64,000 nt of DNA, taken from Perkinsela sp. CCAP 1560/9 (taxonomy: Eukaryota > Protista > Euglenozoa: Kinetoplastea). The stretch spans positions 496,001 to 560,000 of the forward strand of contig CBFFSA010000002.1 in the NCBI GenBank assembly GCA_965644495.1. Direction: 5' to 3'. Position numbers and translations under genes: made by a program. Below are positions 43,762 to 55,622 of this stretch, piece after piece (position 1 is the first letter of the stretch; each line of letters starts with the position of its first letter). Under the pieces are notes generated by a model, which saw only the letters and a program-made list of their open reading frames with translations, did no database searches and was not told where the DNA came from.

Positions 43762-44877
43762 CAGGGGGGTAAATCAGATGCTGCGGGGGGTCTAAAAATT
43801 GCAAAACCCTTCAAATTTTGGAAAATGATAGCGCATTCGAGAGCTCTCGCAGAGTTCTATGTTTTTGCGCTATTTTCACCCCAAAAGAAAGCAATTTTGT
43901 TTATGGCATTTTTTTTAAAGTTTTTTTGCCCCTCTAAAATTTGCAGTTTTTCCCAAATTTGCTCATTTTTTCGCTTTTTCTCCATTTCGTCTCAGTTTTA
44001 TGCCGCGAAAGCGATCCCGTTCTATGCAGAACAAAGGATCTCTCTCCGATAGGGCGTACTCCTCCCCTGGGCACACCAAATATTCACATAGGAAAAAAAT
44101 TCACTTGCCAGCTTGGACAGGAAAGCAGCTCGTACATTTGCAGAGCAAGTGACCCCCCGAAACCACCTCTAAAAGCTTCGCAAAAGTGGTTTGGGGGGGA
44201 TGGAGTGAACGTTTGGATGGGTATAAGCTTTATTTATGGAATTTTTTATCATGTTTTTCCAAACAGGGACAGTAATGGGAAAATTACGATCACTTCAGAT
44301 GTTTTTAAATGCGCGATGACAAAAAGAGGGTTTTTTTTAAGTTTCTTAAAGCGTCATAGCGGGGCCCGGGTTGCTATGGATAATGCTCCTTGCCACAATG
44401 GCAGTTTTAGAACCTTTAAAGAAAACGAAGTCGTCGTTTTGGACTTTCCCCCAAAATCCCCAGATCTTAACCCCATTGAAAACATTTGGGAAATTATGGA
44501 TGCCTTTATTAAAAATGGTACAAATCCAGAAAATAGGACTGAACTCTTGTTTTCTATTGAAAGAGCGGTTGATTACATTAAAACAGATGGTCATGACATG
44601 CTCATTAACACTTTAAACAGCATGCCGCGGCGTTTCGACATAGTAGTAGAAAAAAAAGGAGAAAGTTGTAATTATTAGTCGTCTAAAACCTTTCTCACAA
44701 TTTTTGCATTTTGACGTTTTTGGGCTTCTTGTCAGTTGAACACCCCCCTATACCCCGGGAAACTGCCTTTTCTAAAACATAGAACTCTTCGAGAGCTCTC
44801 GAATACGCTATCATTTTCCAAAATTGGAAAGGTTTTGCAATTTTTAGACCCCCCGCAGCATCTGATTTACCCCCTTG
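43762..44877 (+). mobile_element. Tc1/mariner element, internally deleted
   Basis: ~104-bp TIRs; TA TSD at 43760-43761 and 44878-44879; ORF 43941-44678 has MDNAPCH...PPKSPDLNPIENIW but no HTH or first Asp. Confidence 0.9.
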
Positions 44878-45618
44878 TACTTCCATCCAAGAAACTTACA
44901 CTTCCCTCAACCGTCATTTTTTACCAAGGAGGAGAACTTACTATTTCTAAGACTTTCTATTTCATCAACCAAGGAGGAGAACTCAGGTACTTTAAAGGCC
45001 CTCAAGAGCATTGGAAGCCATTTGGGACCCGGTTGGATGCAAGAGGATATTTTCTCTAAAATTATGTCGATCTACATAGCACTCATCTGAAATTTAATTT
45101 AAAGTTCGTAGAAATCTAAAGCGGAAGTCAGGAAAGTGGTATAGTGATAAAGAGGGTACGACGATGTATAGTATTGTGCAGAAAGAAAAATATTTGCACA
45201 AGGTGTGCCAATTTGTTGAATATTTTGAATGGTTGGAGGTAGGAATCATAACGATAAAACATTCGTACATTCGTATAATAAAATAAACTATCCATAATGA
45301 CGTAAGAACCATACCGTATTGTCTCATATACATGTATTTCTCGTAAACTAATGCTCAGAGCAGAAACCATATGTAAACAAAATTAGATAAATTACGCTAA
45401 CGAAGGGGAAAAACAAGGCCTACGATATGTAACGATGGAAAAAAAACCCAAGGTAAAAGCTGAACTGGAAATATGCTTTTGAAAAACATTGTTTTTGAAA
45501 AAAAGATTATAGTCGGGGAAAAACATAACCTCGATGATTGGTAAATTTTATTCGATATACGTGTAGATGTAGAATAGATGTAGAATTTGCAATTCATATG
45601 TTACACACAGCGTTATGC

Positions 45619-46020
45619 TCAACCTTCGTTGTCTGTAATGTCAACTGACTCATCCGTATCACTTTCTTCATCACCTCCCGGTATCAAATATTCAAGCTTC
45701 TCCTGGTTGCCGCGAATGAATATCCGGTTGGCCACCACTTGGGGCGACGTGCGAGTTTGCCTAGAATTATACAACTACGATAGAATCGAAAGCCAACTGT
45801 CACACTTGGTAACCAGAGGTGGCGTCCAAATGTAATGCATAGCAGCTCGAACTATAGCAGGAAACATCTCGCTGCCCATTTCTAGCCACCAAACATTTTC
45901 GTCTTCGTGCATCTCTGGATTCCAGCGAAAGTCAACGCAAGATCCCCATTCCTCCCACTCTTGTTCTGAGATATTGAATAATGGTCGAAGCGCCTTAGGC
46001 GTACCAGCATTTTCATCAAA
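45619..46020 (-). pseudogene. hAT transposase C-terminal dimerization domain remnant
   Basis: Manual translation WWLEMGSEMFPAIVRAAMHYIWTPP...WLS..*...R.R.SP......IFIRGN with an in-frame TAG at 45775-45777; absent from the ORF track. Confidence 0.6.
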
Positions 46021-47535
46021 TATGCCCCTTTAACTTAAAGGGGCATATTTTTGTACTAAATATTTTTTTCAATGAAATTTCTCCCCGACGAGTATAAAAA
46101 AATTCTTAAACTTACAAAAACATTTTATCGTTCCTCATTAGTAGTCCAGAAATATTACGAATGCTTGTATTGCGGGATTGCACCTTTCACCTTCGCACAG
46201 CGCTGAAGAGTTTTTATACATTCTAGGAAGGAATGTTCATCCCATACGTCGATGATAAGATTTAATTCACTCAATGTATCATACCCTTCGCAGTCAAAGC
46301 TCATATTGTTGCACGAAATGTGATTTTAAAGGTGTTGCTAACATTCTTTGCAACGGTTCCTTCGTAATGAAAGATTCTAATAAATTAGAATTCGTTCAAA
46401 GATTCTAAAAATCGTTTTCAGTCAGTCGGAAGAGTTGATCGCCACCCCTACCCCCCCCTAGCTATGCTGGCCTATAAGATTTTTTTAGTAGTTACCCAAA
46501 ATTGGTGGTAAATACTAAAACAACTTTACTATCTGGGCGCACTGTAAGTTTCTGACTAATCCAACTTTTTTGTGTTCACGTAAAAAGAGTTCGAAAATAT
46601 CGAAGAAAAAACGGACTTGTTTTCTTCTTTATACTCTCTTCTTTCGCTTCTCCACATGCCGGTATTAAATCAATTCCCGCAGACCCCCCAAGTAATAGAC
46701 CCCCCTGAAAATCAACGCACTCATGAACAAAAAATGTCTTTTCTCACCCAAAAAGCACCCCCCCCAGTAACGAGGATTTGGTCACGAAGCAGATGATGTT
46801 TCATTTTTTTGGAACAATCGATCACTTCAATCAGCTTACAAAAAAAGGTAAGGAGAAATTCTGGCAGCGTTCTGTCGGTTTGCTAATGTAATCGTGTGAA
46901 CGGTTGCACGCAACTCATTCCGATGGACGCAGAAGAACGAATCTGATACTTTTTCGAGTTGATGACTCTGATGAGTGCCTCTCACAACGGTTGTCTAGTG
47001 TTATCCTATGTTTCGTTGCCCTATGTTTTAAAAAAATTGGGGGAAAAAAAGGGGAGATTCCACCAAACATTGTTTACCTTATTCCAGTGTACTCATCACA
47101 ACACATGCGGTGTATAGCATAGTATACTTTACTTTTCGAAGGGTTTCGCATATTCATGCTCACTGATGCTGCAGCGTGTGGTGTTAAAAAAACTTGAGGC
47201 CCCAGCAGATTACTAGAATAGTACTAAATTTCGAGCTCAGAGATTTTTGTATAAGTCAGCCCTTTGAGCAGTTTTTTCGATAAGTACGCTACTTATCCAA
47301 AAAAAACCCGATTTTGGACCAAAAATGACAGATAACTAAGGGGGGGGGTCACGGTATACGTGCTTACACAGCTCATCACGTACGTACTTACACAGACCTA
47401 CTGCATACTCTCCTTTTGCATTACTGTGCTTCTCTTATTTTTTCACTGTTTTTGTTCACTTTGTCAATACTTCAGGGTAGAGCGGAGGCTATACGGCCAT
47501 GACAATGATACGTACAGTGTATAATGAGCATATTG

Positions 47536-49266
47536 TCATGACGTTTTTCTAATTTTTTTGTGTCTTGCTGAAAAATGGTGTGCACTTTCCGTTGCAGGTG
47601 GCAGTCCTATCGTTGGAACGGGAAACACATTGAGTGGGTTTGGAATTAACTTTTTTATCTGACCATACAAAATTAGAAGACGCTTTTCTTCTTCAAACTC
47701 ATGTACTAAATTCTTTAGAATCATATCAGCATGTTCTAACATCAACGACAACGTGCCTTCTTCAATGTTACACCGCTCAACAATTGCTGTGCCATAGAAT
47801 TCCCACTCAGTGCTACTTTGGCTCACCTTTTCACATCGGATAATGGATTTCTCCGTGAATGGTTTTCTCTGTGATGGTTTTACTGTGGTCGCTGGTGTCT
47901 CAGCTTCATTTACTACATCAAATCTATCAATAGAAGCAACGCCTACTACTTGTCCAACTAGCTCATCTGGATTTTGAAGAAATAAAGGACTTTGTGTGCA
48001 CGAAAATGTTGAGGTCGTATCAAGAAATCTTGTTGAAACGCAGGATATATCTGTACGTACATGATTTAAGTTTATGTCATAGCGACATGCGCACTCATGA
48101 GATGGGGTGCTCGTACTTTGCACGAAATCAATCACTTTATTTTGCGCAGAGCTATTCAAGTCTTTTCCGTTGATCATACTAAAGTTTGATGATTTTAATG
48201 TATGGCACTTAATCCTCGGTACCAAATTCTGAGCTCCGTGACGAAACTGCTCGGAGCAGCAAAACAAATTGTCAACTCCGAGATCAATGAGAGTCATGCG
48301 CAGAAGACAAAAGCCATTTTCGTCACTTGAGTCTTTTGCCCGTATTACAACAGAAGAATGATTTATGTTCTCTTCCAACCATAGTTTCAATTCTTTGACG
48401 ATTTGTTTGTATCTAAGGGGTATTTTTTCTAATCTTTCTCCGCCCAAATAAAACGACTTTACAAAGGTTCCAGATGCATTTCCGTGCAAGGGATGGACTA
48501 CTTCCCAGACCGCTATATAAGGGTAGTTCAAGGAATACCGCGAACGGCAAATTTCTATGTACAACACGGAAGGTCGACTAAGGTGACGAAGTTTCTGCAA
48601 ACTTATGGCACGATTAATAAAGTAACTGACTACCGAGGAAATATCCCAATCCTGATCTTCAATTATGACCACTCTACCAAAACTATTTATATGTTTTCGT
48701 TCTGAAAACAAAGGAAAACTATTTATGCACATCAGTGGGCGTATGCGTCTTTGTTGAGATAGCAAGCCTTCGTCTTCTGATATTCGATCAAGTAGGATAA
48801 GTGCATAGGCGGTCGTCCATGATCTAACTTTCTTATTTGAAAATATCTGAGCAAGTAGATTACCAAGCCAACTTCTATTAATGCTTTTGAGTCTACATGA
48901 CCCTTTACATTGTGCGCACTCTTTTTTGTGCAGATCACTGAAAGTATCTGGCCGCCATGACATGCAAGCATTACCTGTTCTGCTCGTTCTTGTGCGTTTT
49001 ATCGCTTTTGTAGAACTCTTGTATCCACATAGCACTTCTGCACCGGCGTGCGGATCTCGGGGGAAACAGCAGGTGCTTCCAACAGGAAACCTATCACCGT
49101 GATAGTCTAACGTACCGTATAATGCCACCAGAGTCATACGTTCAGGGGAAAGAAGTACTCCAGAAGACGACAATTTTACGACAACGTGAAGAACATCATC
49201 CCAAACTGTACTAGAAATGTGAATGGGATCGTCGATGGAGTTTGCAAATGTAGATGTGGAAAGCAT
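47536..49266 (-). CDS. Hypothetical protein, possibly a highly diverged NOL9/Grc3-like protein
   Basis: 576-aa ORF on the cluster strand; weak resemblance at LVALYG (N-term) and VGQVVGV...GTAIVE..NIEEG.L.L (C-term); no intact Walker A. Confidence 0.6.
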   Translation of the reverse strand: MLSTSTFANSIDDPIHISSTVWDDVLHVVVKLSSSGVLLSPERMTLVALYGTLDYHGDRFPVGSTCCFPRDPHAGAEVLCGYKSSTKAIKRTRTSRTGNACMSWRPDTFSDLHKKECAQCKGSCRLKSINRSWLGNLLAQIFSNKKVRSWTTAYALILLDRISEDEGLLSQQRRIRPLMCINSFPLFSERKHINSFGRVVIIEDQDWDISSVVSYFINRAISLQKLRHLSRPSVLYIEICRSRYSLNYPYIAVWEVVHPLHGNASGTFVKSFYLGGERLEKIPLRYKQIVKELKLWLEENINHSSVVIRAKDSSDENGFCLLRMTLIDLGVDNLFCCSEQFRHGAQNLVPRIKCHTLKSSNFSMINGKDLNSSAQNKVIDFVQSTSTPSHECACRYDINLNHVRTDISCVSTRFLDTTSTFSCTQSPLFLQNPDELVGQVVGVASIDRFDVVNEAETPATTVKPSQRKPFTEKSIIRCEKVSQSSTEWEFYGTAIVERCNIEEGTLSLMLEHADMILKNLVHEFEEEKRLLILYGQIKKLIPNPLNVFPVPTIGLPPATESAHHFSARHKKIRKTS

Positions 49267-49379
49267 AGTTAGATAGTGGAAAACCTTGTGACATGTTTTT
49301 TAACTAAATAAAATATCTGTATCTTTTCCATACGAAAAAATATAATGTTTCTATATTACTACTACTACTAATAATAATA

Positions 49380-49708
49380 CTGTGACCCTCCCTTTATACT
49401 TCGCTGGTCAGACCCCCCCTTTATACTTCGTTTTTCGTGTGCCCCCCCGAAAGGGGGGGGGCGATTTTTTCAATTTTTTGTAATTTTTCTAAAAACATTG
49501 GAAAAAAAACAAGAACTTTCCAAGTCTTTCCTTCTAGAAATGGAAGGTGATATAGAAGGAAAGACAGGAAAACTGGATGAGCCGCGCCGCGAAGCGGCAC
49601 GGCCTTTTTCTTACACTTGTTTTTACAGCGGGGAAAAAATTCAGACCCCCCCCTTTATACTTCGTTACTGCTCGAAATGGGCGAGGCATAAGGGGGGGGG
49701 GGTCATAG
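49380..49708. mobile_element. TA-flanked MITE
   Basis: TA|CTGTGACCC...GGGTCATAG|TA; internal repeats of CCCCTTTATACTTCG. Confidence 0.7.
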
Positions 49709-49725
49709 TAATAATAATAGTAATA

Positions 49726-50204
49726 CCGTGGAAACATTAATTAAGAGACACATTAAATAAGGGAACGCCAATTAAGGGAACACTAATTAAGGGAATAATT
49801 ATTTTTCGTCAATTTTTTGCATTTTCAGGCAATTAATATTTATTTTTTCCACCCATGGCCCAGGCACCCCCAAACCCTGCTGAGCACGCATAGCAATATT
49901 TCAGAGTTTAGGTTAAAAAATCGAAATATGCAACCAAAATGTGATAATACGTGAATTATCCACTGATTAACACGCTTTCTCTAAATTTCACTTGTTATCA
50001 CACAATTCACTTATTATCACACCGAAAAAAGTGTGATAATGGGTGCTTCCCCTCTACTTATCTGATGATCTTGGGCTATTTTCAACTTGATTCCCGCAAA
50101 ACAATTAAGGGAACATAAAATAAGGGAACACTAATGAAGGGAATATTTTTTTTTGAAAATCATTTTCACTTAATTAGCGTAATTCTCAATTAATGTTTCC
50201 ACGG
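49726..50204. mobile_element. TA-flanked MITE
   Basis: TIR CCGTGGAAACATTAATT(A/G)AGA; internal TAAGGGAA repeats; related fragment at ~42420-42480. Confidence 0.75.
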
Positions 50205-50215
50205 TAATAATAATA

Positions 50216-51623
50216 ATTGCGGTAGTTGTATAACTACCGCTCTACCCTCGATTATTGAAAAAAAAGTGAACAAAAACAGTGAAAATATAAGGAAGAACAC
50301 AGTAATATACAGTCCGCGTCATATTGATCCCCCCTCAGGAAATTTTAGTTTTTTTATCCGATTCTGCTCATCTTTGCAGCATTCGAGAGATCTCGTTCCG
50401 GTAGGAAAGTATTTTGCCGGAATAAAACGTAAGGAGGGGGGGTGCCTCCTGGAGAGAATCTCAAAGTTAGGAAAAGACAGAAAAAGTTAAGAAAATGACA
50501 AAAATCATGCGTGATCGCCGCTTAGCTACGAAGCTTTTTTTCGAGGAATTCGTATTTTTCATGTAACTAAAGGTATTTTTAAGGGATTCAGACGAGGATA
50601 CGTGCCGTTTCGGCCTCTTCGGGGTGCTGGAAGAAGAAAAAGTCATGCAAAAATAAGCAATTTTTAAATCTATTCAAGATTTTAGTAAAAAACGTGTAAT
50701 TTTCCACTATTTCGAAGCGTCTGGCTAAAAGGTAAAAACAGTGGCAACTATGGGAACGAGATCTCTCGAGCGCTGCATAAATGAGCAAAATCGGATAAAA
50801 AAACTAAAATTTCCTGGGGGGCCGATCAATATGACGAAGACTGTAATAGAAGAAAAATTTCTAAAAGGGGCTCCGGTGGTCCAAAAAATTTCAAAAAAAA
50901 TCGGACCCTTGGGGGGTCCATGGGAGGGGTCCAGGTGGGGCATACCGCACGAATTTTTTTTGAAAAATTATTTTTCGAAAACAAATAGCAGAAGGGGTAG
51001 TCGGTGTCTTGGCGCGCATTTTCCACCCCCCTACCCGGGGGTGACCCTCCCTCGTATGCGCAGGACAGGTCCGTCAAGTTCGGATTTTTTTATTTGAAAA
51101 ACATTTCAACTTGACGAAAAAAATGGTAAAAAAAATATTTTTCCAAAATTATTTCGCCTATTGTGTTTTGATAGTTTGGGACCTATATTAGCTTTCTACG
51201 CCATTGTATTCGCGAGATGTCGCTTCTTGAAGCCGTGGTACGCTTCCCCAAATGACCCATTTTTGACGAAAAAGTGCGAAAAAGTAATTTTCGGACCCAA
51301 AGGGGTCTTTTTGGGTCGGAAGAAAGGTGTGGTTGGAGTCGCATCCTCCACCCAATACGTTTGGTAACCTCGAATACATGCGTACGAGTGATTTCCCACA
51401 CGCAGAAGTCGAATTTAGTGCTCCGAGAGTAAAAATACCTAAAAATCACCCCATTTTTACCTAAAAATAGGATATTTTTGACTCAAATCCTTCCGTTATC
51501 TTCAGCGTCCCTGGCCAATTTTTCTTTTTTAGGCTCTTCGTTAAACGCGGTGGTAGTTTTCAACGCGGAGCGCGCAGCACGAGTGACTAAGTTGAAAACA
51601 ACCACCGCGTTTAACGAAGAGCC

Positions 51624-51625
<2 letters not shown>
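50216..51625. mobile_element. Hairpin-ended repeat family A, longest copy
   Basis: Left palindrome GCGGTAGTT-GTAT-AACTACCGC; right hairpin at 51527-51625; (AAT)n on both sides; partial copies at ~37605-37855 and ~52690-52984. Confidence 0.7.
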
Positions 51626-51667
<42 letters not shown>

Positions 51668-51790
51668 GTAATAATAATAATAATGGTGGAGGAAAGCTCG
51701 GATGGTGGGGTGTGCTAGGCCCCGGCATTGTCGTCGCACAGGCAATGCCTCCTGACCAAGAGTAGCTATCGAACGCCGTTCACTCGCCAA

Positions 51791-53869
51791 TCATGGACGG
51801 CGGATTGTGTTCCCTCGTTGGATCGCGATCCCTATGCACATAAGCGCGTGCTTGACGAAGCCGCCCTGGTCCTTCGTAAAGCTTCCGCACTTGCGCAGGA
51901 AGGATAAGGTCCTATTTCCAGGGACCCCAAAACATATAAATGCCAGGGGAAAGAATCTCATACTACGTGCCGATGCCATGCTTCGTGCTATGTTTAATTC
52001 GTGCTATGTTTTCTTACTATGTTTAATATTGTTGATGAATAATTCCCTAAGGTGCAGGGGCATGGCACACCCCACCTCCCTAGCTAACATTCGCGCGAGC
52101 TTACGCAGGTCTTTTTCGTATTGCCCACAACATGTTATGATCCATTTGCAAGTTTCCCGATTGCGCCTGGGGAAACGTGCGCGAGTGTGGGGGGAAGTTT
52201 ATTTTCTTGGGCTTTCAGAGGTAAAAGAACATGAAATGCCATGAATACATATATACATATACATGTATACATATATTTATTTTCGTGGTTACTATACCCC
52301 AACTGGTCAAAACTCTTGACAATGTCAATCTGATTTCTTGGTAAGTTTTCCTCATCAAACGCAACATTGAAACTTACGCGCAGTGAGGGGAAAAGATGGT
52401 GTTGCTTCGTAGTCGACAACAAAGAGCATGCATCAGCATGCTTTTACGTGTCCAGGCGAAGAATTAACCCTTTCGGAGTGTTAGGGTTTAATTAACCCTT
52501 TCGTGGTGTTCATGTAGGGCGATCGTCCGTAATCCCGTCTTTGTGGCATAAATCAGGGGAAAATCAGAAAAATTGTGAAAAATGATGCGGTAGGGGGGGG
52601 GGGGAAGTATAATAAGGACCCTAGGGACACTTATTATACCTAGGAGGTACAATAGGTGTCCCCAGGTATAATAACCCGGACGGTGGTTTATTATTTTTCC
52701 AAAATCGACTCCTAAAACATATTTTAAGAGTTTGGGCTACCATTCTACGACGTGTTTTTCGTCAGGTGCGCCTGCTACCCCTACTGGTAAGGCATCAAAA
52801 GCACCCCAAATTTTGGTCAAAATTTCGCTTTTTTCGCCCCAAAAACGGGCATTTTCACCCAAAAAATTGTATTATTCGTGATCTTTTTTTTCTTTTTGAG
52901 TCGCTTCATTAAACGCGGAGGTAGTTTTCAACTCGAAGCACGCAGCATGAGTGATTTCTACGTTGAAAACAACCACCGCGTTTAATGTCACGTTTAATGT
53001 CCAGTAGGTGTTTGGGCGGGTGGGGGTGTTTGGGCGGGGTGAGGGCGGTTGCAAGGGAGCGAATGTGGAGCGTGGTTGCGGGGTTGGATGGAGTGAAAAT
53101 CAACGCACTCATGAACAAAAAAGCACCTTTCGCTCCCAAAAAGTATACCCCCTCAGTAACAAGGATTTGATCCATTTTGATACAAAATCGATTCTAAATT
53201 ATTTGGAGGATTCTATTAATATTATATAATTATTCTATTAATATTATATAATTATTTCTGGAGGGGTATATAACCACCAAATCAAAAAAAGCCTTTCGCA
53301 CAAAAAAAGGGCGCCGCTTCGCGGCGCGGGGCAGGTTCCGAAAATAAAATACGTCTCAAAAGGACGAAACCCCTGCGATCGGCAGAATGTGGCAGAATAG
53401 TTCCGCATTGACGGTGCCCCCCCTCTAAATAACTAGGGTAACGCTTGTGAACGCATATCCTTTCGAGGACAAAAGGGTTTAAATGAACATGAACATGCTT
53501 CGTGCTGGCACATTTTTTGAGCTTTTGCCTTCTCCAGGGTGCTCCCTGGGAACTTCGCTTCTTTCTCCACGTACGTCCTGTAAGAAGGAAAGATTCTCCA
53601 CATTTGCATTGCACCTCTGTCCATGAGGTTGGGGCAATGAGGTACAGCATCCTCATGGCCACTTCCCATTCCGCTGGGCGCATGAGGTATTCCGCTCGGT
53701 TGGGCAGAGCTTCCACCCATGAGCGAGACATTTTGTTGTGCAACTGATTCGTCAATACGGATTCCATGGAAGAAGTAATCTTTCCCTTATCGTCCGAGAG
53801 TCTATGACACGGATTCGGTGTTTCGTTGAAGTTGCTTCCGAAAACACGGCCCATTACTTTCTGGTGCAC
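51791..53869 (-). pseudogene. Fragmented CRE-like retrotransposon remnants split by later insertions
   Basis: F.PLA...G..G...IAIQRGN (51791-51979); MHALCC (~52410-52440); YLMRPAEWEVAMRM.YLIAP..CKCG (~53590-53740), similar to 37856-38542. Confidence 0.55.
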
Positions 53870-54593
53870 AAAGTGTGCTTTTATCTATATAAAACGAAGT
53901 ATAAAGGTATCATTAAAATTCAAAAATTAGCCAACGCCAGCCTTCCACCACTCTTTTACCGCCGAGGATAGTACACATGTAAAAGTAAAAACAGCAAATT
54001 CGATAGCGACAGCGCTGTTGCAATGTAACAATCCGTAGCTGCAAGAGCATTACTATCTCCCCCCTATTTACTCTGCTCCTTTTTTCGGAGGTATTTCATC
54101 CCCAAGGCATGGAATCATACAGGGGGGATCAGCTACATCTGGGGGGGGTCCCGGATGTTCAACTCCAGTGCACCACCCCATTGTCAACTCCAGCGCACCA
54201 CTTTTTTCACCATAGTCGATGGTCGTTCCCGTTTTCTGCGCCTCACCATAGTCGAACATCGTTCCTTTTTCCTTTCACCATAAAAATTTACCCAGAGTAT
54301 TTAAATAAAGCGTAGTACACGTGTAAGATTTGAGTAAGAAACTTTATTAGACAAGAATTTATTCACCTTTACAAAATGCGCAGCATGGCGCCAAAAACGC
54401 ATGAAAGCTTCCACTTCCCTCGAAGCAAGCGCTGAAAGCAACCAAGTGGAAAGTGACCAAGTGGAATGCCCTGCAAAGGGCCTATCGGGCAGTGTCATTC
54501 GATTTCCCGAGCTCGAGTAAAACGCTATCGGGCGAAAAAAAGAATACAAAGTGCGAAAGTGTAAAGTGGAGAAGATCAGCACCAAGTACAGTA

Positions 54594-54680
54594 CTGTAAC
54601 CCCCCTTTAATATACCCCCCCCCCCAAACCCCCCTATCATAGAGACAAAACGCATTATTCTACGTTAAAGGGGGTTACAG
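54594..54680. mobile_element. Tiny TA-flanked MITE
   Basis: TA|CTGTAACCCCC...GGGGGTTACAG|TA. Confidence 0.6.
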
Positions 54681-55167
54681 TATTTGAAATGTGTTCAACT
54701 TTTTTATTATTTGCGAATGAGTGTGAAGCTCAGTTTTGAAATGTATAGTACATTAATATTTTAATCTTTTTTACGCATGGAGATCACCGCGGCATACTCC
54801 CGAATTTTGCCCCCCTCGAGTGCCTACTCTGCTTTCATTCATTGGTTATTTCAAATAAAAAATAGCTACTTTTATAAGTAACTTATTTCCTTTTTGACTT
54901 ACCTAGTGTTGAAACACCGCGAAACAGCGCGAAACAACGCTTTACGTCATTCGCAGCCCCTCAGGTGTCCCTAGGTATAATAACCCGGACGGTGGTTTAG
55001 TACTTCTCTGAATATTTGATGGTGCATTGGAAATGATAATATAGTTTTTAGGAAAACGTGGTGTACTGGAAATGACAAAAAAAATTCTCATTTGAAAAAA
55101 AAGTGGTGCGTTGGTGTTGACAATCCGCCGGTCTAAAATTCGTATAACTCGGCGATTTTAGAAAATA

Positions 55168-55576
55168 CTGCCCCCCCTACTTAAGAGTCCGCCGATTTTA
55201 GGCATTTGGTTAGGTGAGGAGATAGATGAAGGGGGTTGGTCGGCAGATTTTCCGTTCTCTTGTGAGGTGGGTGATCGGAGGCGAGAAGAACTTCGATCAG
55301 TTCGCGAGAGAGTTGAAGGGGGTTGAGGAGGATGGTTGTGTACCATGCCTGCCCATAGTCTGCTCCTTCCTCAGAGTACCATCAAGTATAAATAGCTTGG
55401 AAATTTTAAAAACACAACTAAACACAATGGGCAGACAACAAAAAAAATCAAAGAAAATAGAAAAAAAGCAAAAAAGAAATCTGGCGGCGCTTCGCGCCGC
55501 AGGTAGCCCGAGGCTCTCTCAAAAAGAACTCTTAACAAGGGGGGTATCCCGCGGACTCTTAAGTAGGGGGGGACAG
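55168..55576. mobile_element. TA-flanked MITE
   Basis: TIR CTG(C/T)CCCCCCTACTTAAGAGTCCGC at both ends. Confidence 0.8.
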
Positions 55577-55622
55577 TAATAGCGCATTCGAGAGCTCTCG
55601 CATAGCTCTCTGGTGGAATATA

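Larger units (their letters stand above)
41485..47354. mobile_element. Pair of ~135-bp inverted TA-flanked termini (41485-41621 / 47221-47354)
   Basis: TA|CCATGACTCCCTCTTAGTTA...AAATTTAGTAC and its reverse complement ending GGGTCACGG|TA. Confidence 0.55.

Noticed and set aside
52460-52505. Telomeric or piggyBac (TTAA-CCCT) ends
   Set aside because: A single TTAGGG; no matching partner end or transposase.
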